Shown here: in pieces, positions 47,366-56,568 of the stretch
Numbering within the stretch: position 1 is the first letter of the stretch
Layout of the letters: every line of letters starts with the position of its first letter
Assembly: GCA_004764695.1 (NCBI GenBank)
Contig: SMSO01000025.1
Span: 2,604,001 to 2,668,000, forward strand
Length of the DNA stretch: 64,000 nucleotides
Reading direction: 5' to 3'
From: Schizochytrium sp. TIO01
Lineage: Eukaryota; Protista; Bigyra: Labyrinthulomycetes
Made by a program: the position numbers and the translations under genes
Notes under the pieces: generated by a model
What the model was told of the DNA's origin: nothing
What the model saw: only the letters and a program-made list of their open reading frames with translations
Database searches by the model: none

Positions 47366-50062
47366 CTATCTCGACGCAAATGACTCCACAGCACGTGGGT
47401 CTGAAGAAGTCTCCGAGACCTCAAAGAATTGAGAAATCATCGTGGAGAGAACCTCTGGGGAGTAAGGCAAAAACGTGTTATTCACGCTTTTGCGTTGCAC
47501 ATAAGCAATAGAGTTGAGCCAATTGTACCCCTTGGTGTATGGTTCTAAAATGGCATTACGGATACGAAAACGAAGCTCAGTACGAAGGTCAAAGTCGGGA
47601 ACCTCCAACTTGGTCTGTGCCTTGTGCACCGTGTCGAACCAGTGTTGCCATGCAGAGCAGTAGTTTTGCACGACTTTTTTGTCTGCGGCAGACAAATTCT
47701 GACTATTTTGAGTGATTTGTTCCAAGGGGGTAGCTCCGAGGTATTGTTGCACTGGCGCAAGCACCGACGTTACATACATCTCTTTGGCATGGTCAAGGTC
47801 GCTTTGTTTGTCTTGTAAAAGATGAGAATTCTCCATAATTTCGCCTAAATAGCCTTGCTGCCTTGTCGCGCCCGAGACTAAAAAGTGTACATTGTTTGTT
47901 AAAAATAAGCACACCTTCGGGGCTGTACTACGTTGCGCATTAGCCAAGTTAAAAAGCATTAGAATGTACTTGTCGAAAAGCTGTTCAATATTCAATTGGA
48001 ACTGCTGAGCTTGAAATTCAAGCGAGGCGTCTGAGCCACCGCCATCTTCTGGAACTAAAAGCGACTGAATGACTGTTCGATACTCACATAGACGACGAGC
48101 AAATGTAAGTACTCGGGTTGTCGCAGGATGGACAGATGCAGACTCTGGAATGCCACTAAGTGGGTTCAGAAGATACATATAAGCCTGAGGAAGACTTTGC
48201 ACAGCGTCATTCCGCCATGACTTGTAAAGCAAGACAAACTGGCTCCAAGCTTCTTGCGGTAGAGCATGTTCACTATTTCTACTTGCAGGGCCCGAAGTGA
48301 AACCCTTCTCCATGCTTTCGCTTCTGCGGCGTGGCGTACCAGGCTCGTCCTCCTCTTCAGCAAGGTAGGCGAGAGAACCCGGTGCAAGAATCTCATAAAA
48401 TTTGGGGTGGAGATCTTGTAGTTTCTCTAGTACATCAGCCACAGCAAAGACAGCCTCAGATGTTGAGTACGTTTTGTGAGTGTATGAAAGGGAGTCGCGC
48501 ATTCCAAGGCCCGCAAGGCGCTCGCAAGGTCCTACCATGGCATCGAGAAAGAGACGTCTACCAGCACGGCCTTTGGGGAGAGCTCGTATAGAGAGCGCGA
48601 GCTCTGCCTCGAGTGCCTCAATGGCTAAATCTAGCACTTCGATCATGCCATGCTCACCACGTGTGTACTTTTTGTTATTTTGCGCTCCTGTGTTATGGCT
48701 TGCAAACCCATCATTGCTTGTAAAACTAGCAAGGTTACCGTGCGACTTGAAGGAGTCTTGTTGCTGCATCAGTTGATGAAGCTGTGCAGTAGATTGAGGG
48801 TTAAGAAGAGGAGGTGGGGGGAGCGGATCATGTGAACCTCCCGAATCAGGAGGCGCAAAGCTCGCAGGGCTTGGCAAACTTGGTGAAGATTGAGGAGAAA
48901 AGGTGCCACCATCAGTGAATGAGTCACCGTCCTTGTATTTGGACTTGCGACGGTGTCTGCCCAAGAAAAAGTTTTTAATCTTTTTCGATTTGCTTGTCTT
49001 TGTGCTCTTGGTTGAGAACTCGCTCATTCCATCATCCCGCATGCTTTGTGCAGAGCTACCTGGTACTGCTTGTCGGTGTGATGTCATTTTCGAGAATGAC
49101 CTGCCAAATTCCGATTTCGACGAGCGCATGGCTGTGGTAGGAAGACGTTGAGATTCATTCTTTTTGGGGGCTTGGGGTTCTTCTACTTGAGTTTTAGTTA
49201 TCACTGGCGGGGGTCTGACGGTGACTTGCAATCTGTTCGTCTGTGCTGATGCTCCCAGGTTTCCAAATCCCAAAGATGCAGTCTCTTTCCAAAACGATTC
49301 TGCAAGTTTATCGAGAGCATCACTAACGATTCTACCTCTGCCACGAGCATAGGCGTCTGCAAATAGATCTTGCAGCCCACAGTCTGTAAGGCATTGCGCG
49401 AGTTCTCTAAGACGACTACCAATCTCGCTAGGAAGCGCCTCGTGCATGACGAGTGCATCCTGCCCATTAAAGTCAGGGTCCATATGCGGCCCTACATAAT
49501 CCTCTACAGATGCTGCCTGACGCTCAAGGGTAACCTCGAATTCAATGCAGATACTATCAGTAGCGAACTGTCTCAAAGATGCAATTTGCTGAAAATACGT
49601 CGCCGTAGACATAAACTCTGGATGTTTTTCCACAAACAAGTACGACTCGCACAATCTCTGTAGGGCTTTGAAGTATTCCTCACGATCCTCTCGTGCTTCA
49701 GATTTAATCAGCGCCGACTTTTGCAAAATACCTCGAACATCGTCCGCCGTACGAAAATGTTGATGCACCTTCTCAAACTGCGTTAAGCTGGATGAGATAT
49801 TCTTCTGCGCCGTCGTCAGTTTCAGTGTTAACGCATGAACAGGTTCTATAGCCTGCTCAAGTTTATCCACACGAGCCTCAAAATCTCTCAGGGCGCCAAC
49901 CATTTCGCGCGTGTTGGATGCGCTGCTTTGGAGGCCCTTCGTGATCACCTCAATACTTGCTAGCAAGCGTGCCTCCACCTCGTCTTTTGCAGTGGCACTG
50001 GCCTCTGAGCCCGCATGCCGAGTAGCGCTAGTACTCACGGTGGATGCTGACATTGAAACCAT
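47366..50062 (-). CDS. EXO70: Exocyst subunit Exo70 (EXOC7)
   Basis: N-terminal coiled coil (L..AI.PV...T..L...QKNI), P.SASVHPAT..V, LFLTNNVHF, VPDFDLR.ELR and YSPE.L..MI..FF. First ATG at 50062. Confidence 0.9.
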   Translation of the reverse strand: MVSMSASTVSTSATRHAGSEASATAKDEVEARLLASIEVITKGLQSSASNTREMVGALRDFEARVDKLEQAIEPVHALTLKLTTAQKNISSSLTQFEKVHQHFRTADDVRGILQKSALIKSEAREDREEYFKALQRLCESYLFVEKHPEFMSTATYFQQIASLRQFATDSICIEFEVTLERQAASVEDYVGPHMDPDFNGQDALVMHEALPSEIGSRLRELAQCLTDCGLQDLFADAYARGRGRIVSDALDKLAESFWKETASLGFGNLGASAQTNRLQVTVRPPPVITKTQVEEPQAPKKNESQRLPTTAMRSSKSEFGRSFSKMTSHRQAVPGSSAQSMRDDGMSEFSTKSTKTSKSKKIKNFFLGRHRRKSKYKDGDSFTDGGTFSPQSSPSLPSPASFAPPDSGGSHDPLPPPPLLNPQSTAQLHQLMQQQDSFKSHGNLASFTSNDGFASHNTGAQNNKKYTRGEHGMIEVLDLAIEALEAELALSIRALPKGRAGRRLFLDAMVGPCERLAGLGMRDSLSYTHKTYSTSEAVFAVADVLEKLQDLHPKFYEILAPGSLAYLAEEEDEPGTPRRRSESMEKGFTSGPASRNSEHALPQEAWSQFVLLYKSWRNDAVQSLPQAYMYLLNPLSGIPESASVHPATTRVLTFARRLCEYRTVIQSLLVPEDGGGSDASLEFQAQQFQLNIEQLFDKYILMLFNLANAQRSTAPKVCLFLTNNVHFLVSGATRQQGYLGEIMENSHLLQDKQSDLDHAKEMYVTSVLAPVQQYLGATPLEQITQNSQNLSAADKKVVQNYCSAWQHWFDTVHKAQTKLEVPDFDLRTELRFRIRNAILEPYTKGYNWLNSIAYVQRKSVNNTFLPYSPEVLSTMISQFFEVSETSSDPRAVESFASR

Positions 50063-50871
50063 CTGGCTTGCGAAGAGGCGACAGTCACTGACTGATAACC
50101 CCAGAGGTGTGACTCGCAATGCGCAACTCGCAACGGAGCCAGGTTGGTTGAGTTGTGTTGCGTTGCGATTTGGAGACGATCAATCTTAATAAAAAATGAT
50201 TTTTTATTTATTTTTTTCAATAGAATTTCTCAGACTTTTTACTTTTTATACCGTAGTTTTAAATTATTGTCGGTCTTTCTTTTTCTTAGTCTTTTTGTTT
50301 GTCTCCGTTCTTAGCTAGACAGTGATAATCGAGTTCAGAAACTGTCCTTTGAGCACATGACACATTATGTAGCCTGCAGTTTGCATGCTCGATCAGAGTT
50401 GACTACGTGCCGAGCTTCGCTCAGTTTGACATTACTGTCGCTGGACTCACTTTCCCCAGGGAAAGTGAACTGCAAGAAGTGCAATCTGAACGTAATAATT
50501 TACTGAGTAAGTTAACAAGTTTCGCAGACTGCGAGTAGCATTTGATGGTTGTGTGAAATAACAATTCGATCTATAATGTAGAACAAAAGGATTGCTTCAA
50601 CCGTGGAGATTTCATGCAGAGATGGAATCTTTGCTTTGGCCGTGTGGCAGGATATATTTACAAACACGGTATCTAGAAATCTACCGTGAAATAAGATGTA
50701 AACATGGCGGTCAGGCAAAACATTACATGGAATATGTAAATGTGTGGAATAGAAGGGGAAAGTCATGTATTTATAAGGTTCTTAAACTACCTTTGAATAT
50801 GCATCTCTGAGAATCGAGCTTGCATTGTGCAAGTGCGCAGAGTCAAAAGGTCATCATCTAGATATGAACGT

Positions 50872-51861
50872 TTAAAACATTCTGCGACGGAAGACCAGGA
50901 AACAAAGTGCGCCACAGGCAGCGCCAGTGAGGTGACTAGTGTAGCCAATGCGTGTCGAGCCGGGCGTAGGTGCCGAGCTAACTGCACCAAAGACATCCTG
51001 GAACATGATGAAGATACCAAAGATAGCGAGAGGCACTGGGATGATTCCGTAGATTAGTACAGTTGCACGGGGGTTCATCAGCACATTGAACATGACGCAG
51101 CAGTTAATCGCTCCTGAGGCACCCATGAGAACGGTCCGCTGGCGTTCGTAGTAGGCTTGGCCAATTTGGGCCAGGGAGGACACTATTGCTGAGCCGGCGT
51201 ACACGGACAGAAACATCCGGGGTCCAAGGTAGGCGAGCATACCTGCGCCGAAATAGTACAACCCTAGCATGTTGACGAGAAGGTGCCAAATATCGGTATG
51301 AGAAAATGAGCAAGTGAGTAGTGTATGCAGCCTCGCCGATCTGAAGATACCCTCCGTAGTGCAAGTAAAATGTTGGAACATCCAAAATGGGTTGAGTGTC
51401 TTCCACATCACAAACACTGCAACGTTAGCGCCAATGAGTCCCAAAATAAGGTTTCCGTTATCGTGCCACATACGAGGCGGCCCTCCTTGTGCATAATAAG
51501 AGCGTTTGGCCAAATGCACCGGAGTTTTCCGCACAGGAGCGGTTGCTTTGGTAAGCCCGGATCTAGCATTGCTCAAGACACCACCCAATACACTCTCATT
51601 CGCGTAAGCTTGCTTAATAATCGTCGACGATTTTCCTGCCGCCATATATGAAATTTGTCTCGAAGTCTGGATTGAACTTGCAAGAAAAGACGAGGAGATC
51701 CTCGAAGATACCCGCAGAGACTGCGACGTTGATGTCCTCAATGCGGGCCCCGCCATCACGCTTGCATCTTTGCAGTTGCGAGGAGCAGCAAGTACTAGGC
51801 GAGCAGAAGCGCCTGCCCACGCATGGCCACATCTTGCCAGCGCCGAGAGGGATCCCAACAT
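50872..51861 (-). CDS. Rhomboid-family intramembrane serine protease with putative mitochondrial presequence (PARL/Pcp1-like)
   Basis: FSH...WHL..NM, catalytic GASG and SHLTGA. The N-terminus is Arg/Ser/Ala-rich and acid-poor. Confidence 0.92.
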   Translation of the reverse strand: MLGSLSALARCGHAWAGASARLVLAAPRNCKDASVMAGPALRTSTSQSLRVSSRISSSFLASSIQTSRQISYMAAGKSSTIIKQAYANESVLGGVLSNARSGLTKATAPVRKTPVHLAKRSYYAQGGPPRMWHDNGNLILGLIGANVAVFVMWKTLNPFWMFQHFTCTTEGIFRSARLHTLLTCSFSHTDIWHLLVNMLGLYYFGAGMLAYLGPRMFLSVYAGSAIVSSLAQIGQAYYERQRTVLMGASGAINCCVMFNVLMNPRATVLIYGIIPVPLAIFGIFIMFQDVFGAVSSAPTPGSTRIGYTSHLTGAACGALCFLVFRRRMF

Positions 51862-52685
51862 CGTCGCAGTATGGTACCTCTCCCGCAAAGCAGATCTGCC
51901 GTAGCCAATTCGCCGCAGAGCTTCTTTTAAATGATGAAGGCGATTTTGATTTTTCTATGGACTACTTATATCTAAACAAAACATGCATTATCATACGTGA
52001 TGTTACCCTGGTGCTATTACATTCATGGAGGAAGCTATTGCATGGCGAAATGAAGATCAGAAAAGTGCAGTTATAGCATGCTATATTCTTGCAAATGATT
52101 GCAATGTTTTTGGATGGGAAGGTATTTCATCGCGGCTAAGATTCATGGCTTTTTCAATTTCAAAGAATAGGAAAAATCAATATATATATATAATTATGAT
52201 ACTATATTTTATTTTAAGAAGAAGAAAACTTGGGCTCTCTGGAAATGACGAGAACACGTGAAAATATTGCACTTTGCTGTCCACTGCAACGTTTTGTTCC
52301 GCCAGGGCACAACTCAGATCGTCCAATTATGTGTTCTGCATCGACTTGTCAGCTCCACGTGATAGAATGCGCAAGATGACCAAGTTCTCAGCTTTCTTCA
52401 ATCGTGTTCATTGGTCAAAATTCATTGTTCATTTCAGATGTTGCAATGCATGCAATGCAACGTGAGGAAAGAGCGATGATCTCGAGGCTTAGGAGTCTCG
52501 CACAACTACTATTGAAACGTCTATCTAGTCAGTTATAAAAATAAATAAAAATAATAGTAGTGTTAAGAGGGGAAAAAATAAAAAATAAAAACAGCAAAAC
52601 TGTGATGACACATGAATCAACACAAACCAATCGTGCATCATTAGTGGCCTCTGCGGTTGGGTCTCGGAACTAAGCCTGAGTGGAG

Positions 52686-54011
52686 ATGGCGGAGGCTACT
52701 TTTCTGGGTGTCCCCAGGCGTGAGTATTCCCTGACGACGGCAGCTCCGACACGTCGTGATGCCTCCGCGAGCAAGATTGGCGGTGAGCCGTGGGTCCCGG
52801 CCCCTTTGGTGGCCCTCGCGAGCCCAGGAACACCTTGCGCTACGTGTGGCGGCAAACTCTTCTTTCTTGCACAGATCTACGCTCCAGTGTGTGATGAGAG
52901 ACTTCGCGTGCTCTTGATCTTTGTCTGCAATGCATCTGAGTGTGCAAAGCCACAGGTTGTTGTACTCAGGCTTGAACAGGACTACAGTGAGACCATCGCA
53001 GACGAAACTTCTACGAAGAACTCCAAGTCCAAAAAATCTGCTCAAAATGTATCCAAAACGGACGATGGTAAAATTACAAATTCCTTTCAAGATGGAATTA
53101 ATGTAAACTCTGCAGGTGCTGCTGTGACAGCTAAAAGCTCGAAGAAACTCTCAAAGAAGGCAGGGAAGGCGCGTAAGAAGGCAACCTTTACGGTTGCCTG
53201 GGGAGACGAAGAGGCTCCTAGTGCTACCCTTGATGATTTGGAGAGTATGCTTAACCAACGTGATGAGGCTATTCTTGAACAACATAAACAAGAACAGAAA
53301 GAGTTGCAGAAAATAGTACAGCAACAGGAGACTGAACAAGACCAAGGGCAACAGCAGCTAAAAACAGATCTAAAGGAGGATTCAAGAAAGGAGACCAGTA
53401 ATCAGGGAGAAAACAAAGGCACATCAAGGAAAACACTAGACTCTATCTCCGAAGCAGATTCGAAAGCGAGTGTTGTGCTCGATGTCGTTGACGAATCTGA
53501 ATGGCATGGCATGCATGATGCAAAGTCAGTAGCTTTGGAGCATGCACAAGAGTTATTAGCGAGATACGAAGCTACGGAGGCTGCAGAAGCTGCAAATGTG
53601 GGCAATGATCCCTATGCAAATGCAGGTGGCCCACGCGCAGGAGCTACTGTAGAAACGGAGGAGGATGATGAGGATGATGACACGAACAGCACGGCAGCAC
53701 TTCGAGAGGCGTTTCAGGAATATATTTCTTCCGCTCCCTCGCAATGCCTTAGATACGCCTACGGCGGCGAGCCTTTGATTCCTCGGAAGCTCACAACTGA
53801 AGAGCTTGCGCAAATTCCTTGTTGCGAGGTTTGCGGCAACGCCCGTGTTTTTGAAGCACAATTATTACCAGCAAGTCTGTGGGAATGGCGGCATTCAGTG
53901 GATGCCGTAGAAATTGATTTCTCTACCATTCTTATCTACGTTTGTCCTGAGAGCTGTTCTATGACACCAAACTCTAGTCGCGAGTACCCGCTTTTTATTC
54001 AAGCAATCTGA
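52686..54011 (+). CDS. PDCD2L: PDCD2-like / Tsr4-like ribosomal protein uS5 chaperone
   Basis: SKIGGEPW, C..CG..LFFLAQIYAP, R.L.IF.C, QCLRY..GGEPL, C..CG..RVFEAQLLP and F.TILIY.C..SC. Confidence 0.88.
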   Translation: MAEATFLGVPRREYSLTTAAPTRRDASASKIGGEPWVPAPLVALASPGTPCATCGGKLFFLAQIYAPVCDERLRVLLIFVCNASECAKPQVVVLRLEQDYSETIADETSTKNSKSKKSAQNVSKTDDGKITNSFQDGINVNSAGAAVTAKSSKKLSKKAGKARKKATFTVAWGDEEAPSATLDDLESMLNQRDEAILEQHKQEQKELQKIVQQQETEQDQGQQQLKTDLKEDSRKETSNQGENKGTSRKTLDSISEADSKASVVLDVVDESEWHGMHDAKSVALEHAQELLARYEATEAAEAANVGNDPYANAGGPRAGATVETEEDDEDDDTNSTAALREAFQEYISSAPSQCLRYAYGGEPLIPRKLTTEELAQIPCCEVCGNARVFEAQLLPASLWEWRHSVDAVEIDFSTILIYVCPESCSMTPNSSREYPLFIQAI

Positions 54012-54831
54012 TTTGTGCCCACCGGAGATTTCACGTTTATGTGTCTTGTTCTGTTTCAACTGCACGGCGGAAATGGAATAATTCCAAGGTATCTTCCTGG
54101 ATTTAACTTGGTTTCACAAGTGCAGAATTTTCTAAATCTTCATTCTAGAAGACTTAGAAGGGACATTCACGTCTACTTTAGAACTTCCCCAAGTAGAATG
54201 TAACTTTAGAAGACTTGAAATTTTCTGAGATTTCAACCTTTAATTTTCTCATTAATGAACTTTGATATACGTTTCTGCGGATGGTAAACACTTGGGTCTT
54301 TCCTAACCTGGAATTCTAAAATGATTTACAGAACAAATTTAAGTTTCGGCGGAAATATACCATCATTGTGCTATATAGGGTCACAACCGAAGACATAACA
54401 AGGAGAACTAATAGAATACCCTGGTGCTTAATTTTGAAAGGACTTTGCACCACAGCACCCCACTGTCCACTCTATATACACTATAGGCCCTTTATTATCG
54501 TACAGAATAGCAAAAGCGCTAACATTGTATTTTCATGTTGGTCTTTTTTATTTCTAATGAGCTTCTTTCATTTTGTTACCAAAAGGAGATGTTATTTGGG
54601 TAGCTTGGGTAAGTGATGCTGAGTATAAGGGGAAAAAACATACATTAAACCAAGACGTAACGGACTAACTGGTATCAAACCAGGAAAATTTGAGAATAGT
54701 CTCTTGAAAGTTAAAACTTTTATCCTTTTAACTTCGTTAGATTTGATCGTAAAATAGTTCTATAGAATTATATGATTTTGGATTGAATATACTCTGTACA
54801 GATTGAACAGAAGAGATGTTGGGGATTATCT

Positions 54832-56568
54832 TTAAGGAATTCTGAGCCTTTGCAGTTCAGGCTCAAGAAGATCTTGGTGAGCTTGCATCATGCGTCGTAG
54901 AATTAGCCGTTTTACGCCAGCAGACTCATTTTGGACTGCAGCCGAGCTCCAATAAGTCCTAAATCGCTGCTGGTAACGCATTTGGCATGAACTCTGAAAT
55001 TCATCGTCAGTCCCTGCAACACCGAAAGAATCCGGTGATTTGTGATCACAACAAAGAATGTGGATGTTTGTTTCTTCTATACTTTGGCATTCTGTAAGGC
55101 ACCATGCACAGAAATAGCATCCACATGTTGAACAATTGAGGGCGAACCCCCCATCAAAATCGAAAAATGGATGACTGTTAGGACAACAGGTCAGCAGGAT
55201 AGAATCTTCGATGTGATGTATATGTGTTTGTGCGCGCTGGAACTCTTCTTCGGCTTGGCGCCTCGCCTCTTCTTCGGCTTGGCGCCTCGCCTCTTCTTCG
55301 GCTTGGCGTCTCGCCTCTTCTTCGGCTTGGCGCCTTGCTTCTTCTTCTTCTTCGGCTTGGCGCCTCGCCTCTTCTTCGGCTTGGCGCCTTGCTTCTTCTT
55401 CTTCTTCGGCTTGGCGCCTCGCCTCTTCTTCGGCTTGGCGCCTTGCTTCTTCTTCTTCTTCGGCTTGGCGCCTTGCTTCTTCTTCTTCTTCGGCCTGGCG
55501 CTTCGCCTCTTCTTCGGCTTGGCGCTTCACCTCTTCTTCAGCTTGGCGCTTCGCCTCTTCTTCGGCTTGACGTACAATAAGGTTCTCCCGCTTGCGTTGG
55601 CTGGCAAGGAAAAGACGCGTTTGAAAAGCAGGCTCTCGAACCTGAGATATTGGGATCATGTCTTCACACTCGCTGCATAGCAAGTGCTCCCCATCATCGC
55701 ATACTCCTGTAAGGTCACCGTCACATATCGAGTCGATGAAGGGTTGTAAGCATGAACCACAAATCGAGTGCAAATTTTTGCACATTATGTCCATACCATC
55801 AGGTCTGACTTTTTCATGACATAAGCTGCAGGCCCTCTGGTCCGCATAAAGAGGACTAGCTCCAGCAAGTTTTTTCGTGTCAGGAATACTTTCTTTGGCA
55901 CGCAGGTCAGATGCTGTAGAAAGGTCCAAACGTTGATAACTTGCACGTAGCGCCTCGAGCTGTTGCGCATTTGCTTCACGAGCCTTTTGCAAACGCTCTT
56001 CAAGTCTCATGAGGGATTCATCAGATAGATCTTCAGCATCTTCAGAGGAGTAGTCTTCGTCGTCACTGGTATCCGAGCTTGCCTTTGTATTGGCTTGTTC
56101 TTGCTGCTGCTGTTGCTGTTGAAGCAACTGCTGCTCCTGCTGCATTTTGTTGCTATGGTTAATTTTGAGGCCTCCACGGGCGAGCTCCCTAAGGTAAGAC
56201 GAAAGCCCGCGCACATTTAACGCCACTGAAGACCATTTGTAGCCCCGATCCGGGTTATACCGAGCTCTCCACGACTTAAACCTGAGCTGTTCCAGGCCGT
56301 TGCTGCCCAAGTGAACCTTCCCCACCTCTCTGTCGCAGTCCTCGCAGTGTAGGCATGCAACAATTAGCATTCCTCTCTCATTCTCCTCGGCCTCTTCAAG
56401 GCGTTTGACACGCACCGTGGTCCCCTCTACAACGCCAGCTTCATACTTCGCGCAAATATTGCGGAATCCCAACTCCCATGCATCGTCATTGTCCTTGCGA
56501 GCCTCCAGCAGCTCCAGCGGTGCCAGCTGCTCAGAGCACCCAGAGCACAAGAACTCCAGCCGCTCCAT
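54832..56568 (-). CDS. RLR-CTD-like Zn domain + RING + (RQAEEEA)n helix + Rcat/RING2-like domain; putative inactive E3 ligase or sensor
   Basis: N-terminal CSGC...CEDC with a YKWSSV end, RING CSLC...CKNLHSICGSC...CSEC, and C-terminal CPNSH...GGFALNCSTCGCYFCAWCL. Uninterrupted 578-aa ORF starting at ATG. Confidence 0.8.
   Translation of the reverse strand: MERLEFLCSGCSEQLAPLELLEARKDNDDAWELGFRNICAKYEAGVVEGTTVRVKRLEEAEENERGMLIVACLHCEDCDREVGKVHLGSNGLEQLRFKSWRARYNPDRGYKWSSVALNVRGLSSYLRELARGGLKINHSNKMQQEQQLLQQQQQQQEQANTKASSDTSDDEDYSSEDAEDLSDESLMRLEERLQKAREANAQQLEALRASYQRLDLSTASDLRAKESIPDTKKLAGASPLYADQRACSLCHEKVRPDGMDIMCKNLHSICGSCLQPFIDSICDGDLTGVCDDGEHLLCSECEDMIPISQVREPAFQTRLFLASQRKRENLIVRQAEEEAKRQAEEEVKRQAEEEAKRQAEEEEEARRQAEEEEEARRQAEEEARRQAEEEEEARRQAEEEARRQAEEEEEARRQAEEEARRQAEEEARRQAEEEARRQAEEEFQRAQTHIHHIEDSILLTCCPNSHPFFDFDGGFALNCSTCGCYFCAWCLTECQSIEETNIHILCCDHKSPDSFGVAGTDDEFQSSCQMRYQQRFRTYWSSAAVQNESAGVKRLILRRMMQAHQDLLEPELQRLRIP
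55240..55572 (-). repeat. Coding tandem repeat, 13 units of 24 or 30 nt (RQAEEEAR / RQAEEEEEAR)
   Basis: Plus-strand unit CTTCTTCGGCTTGGCG...; nine 8-aa-type and four 10-aa units counted in the translation. Confidence 0.95.

Noticed and set aside
22625-50062. Functional cluster of trafficking genes (kinesin, TRAPPC10, CCZ1, EXO70) or iron genes (NAR1, ferric reductase)
   Set aside because: They are interspersed with unrelated genes and belong to large functional classes, so chance co-location is adequate without synteny data.
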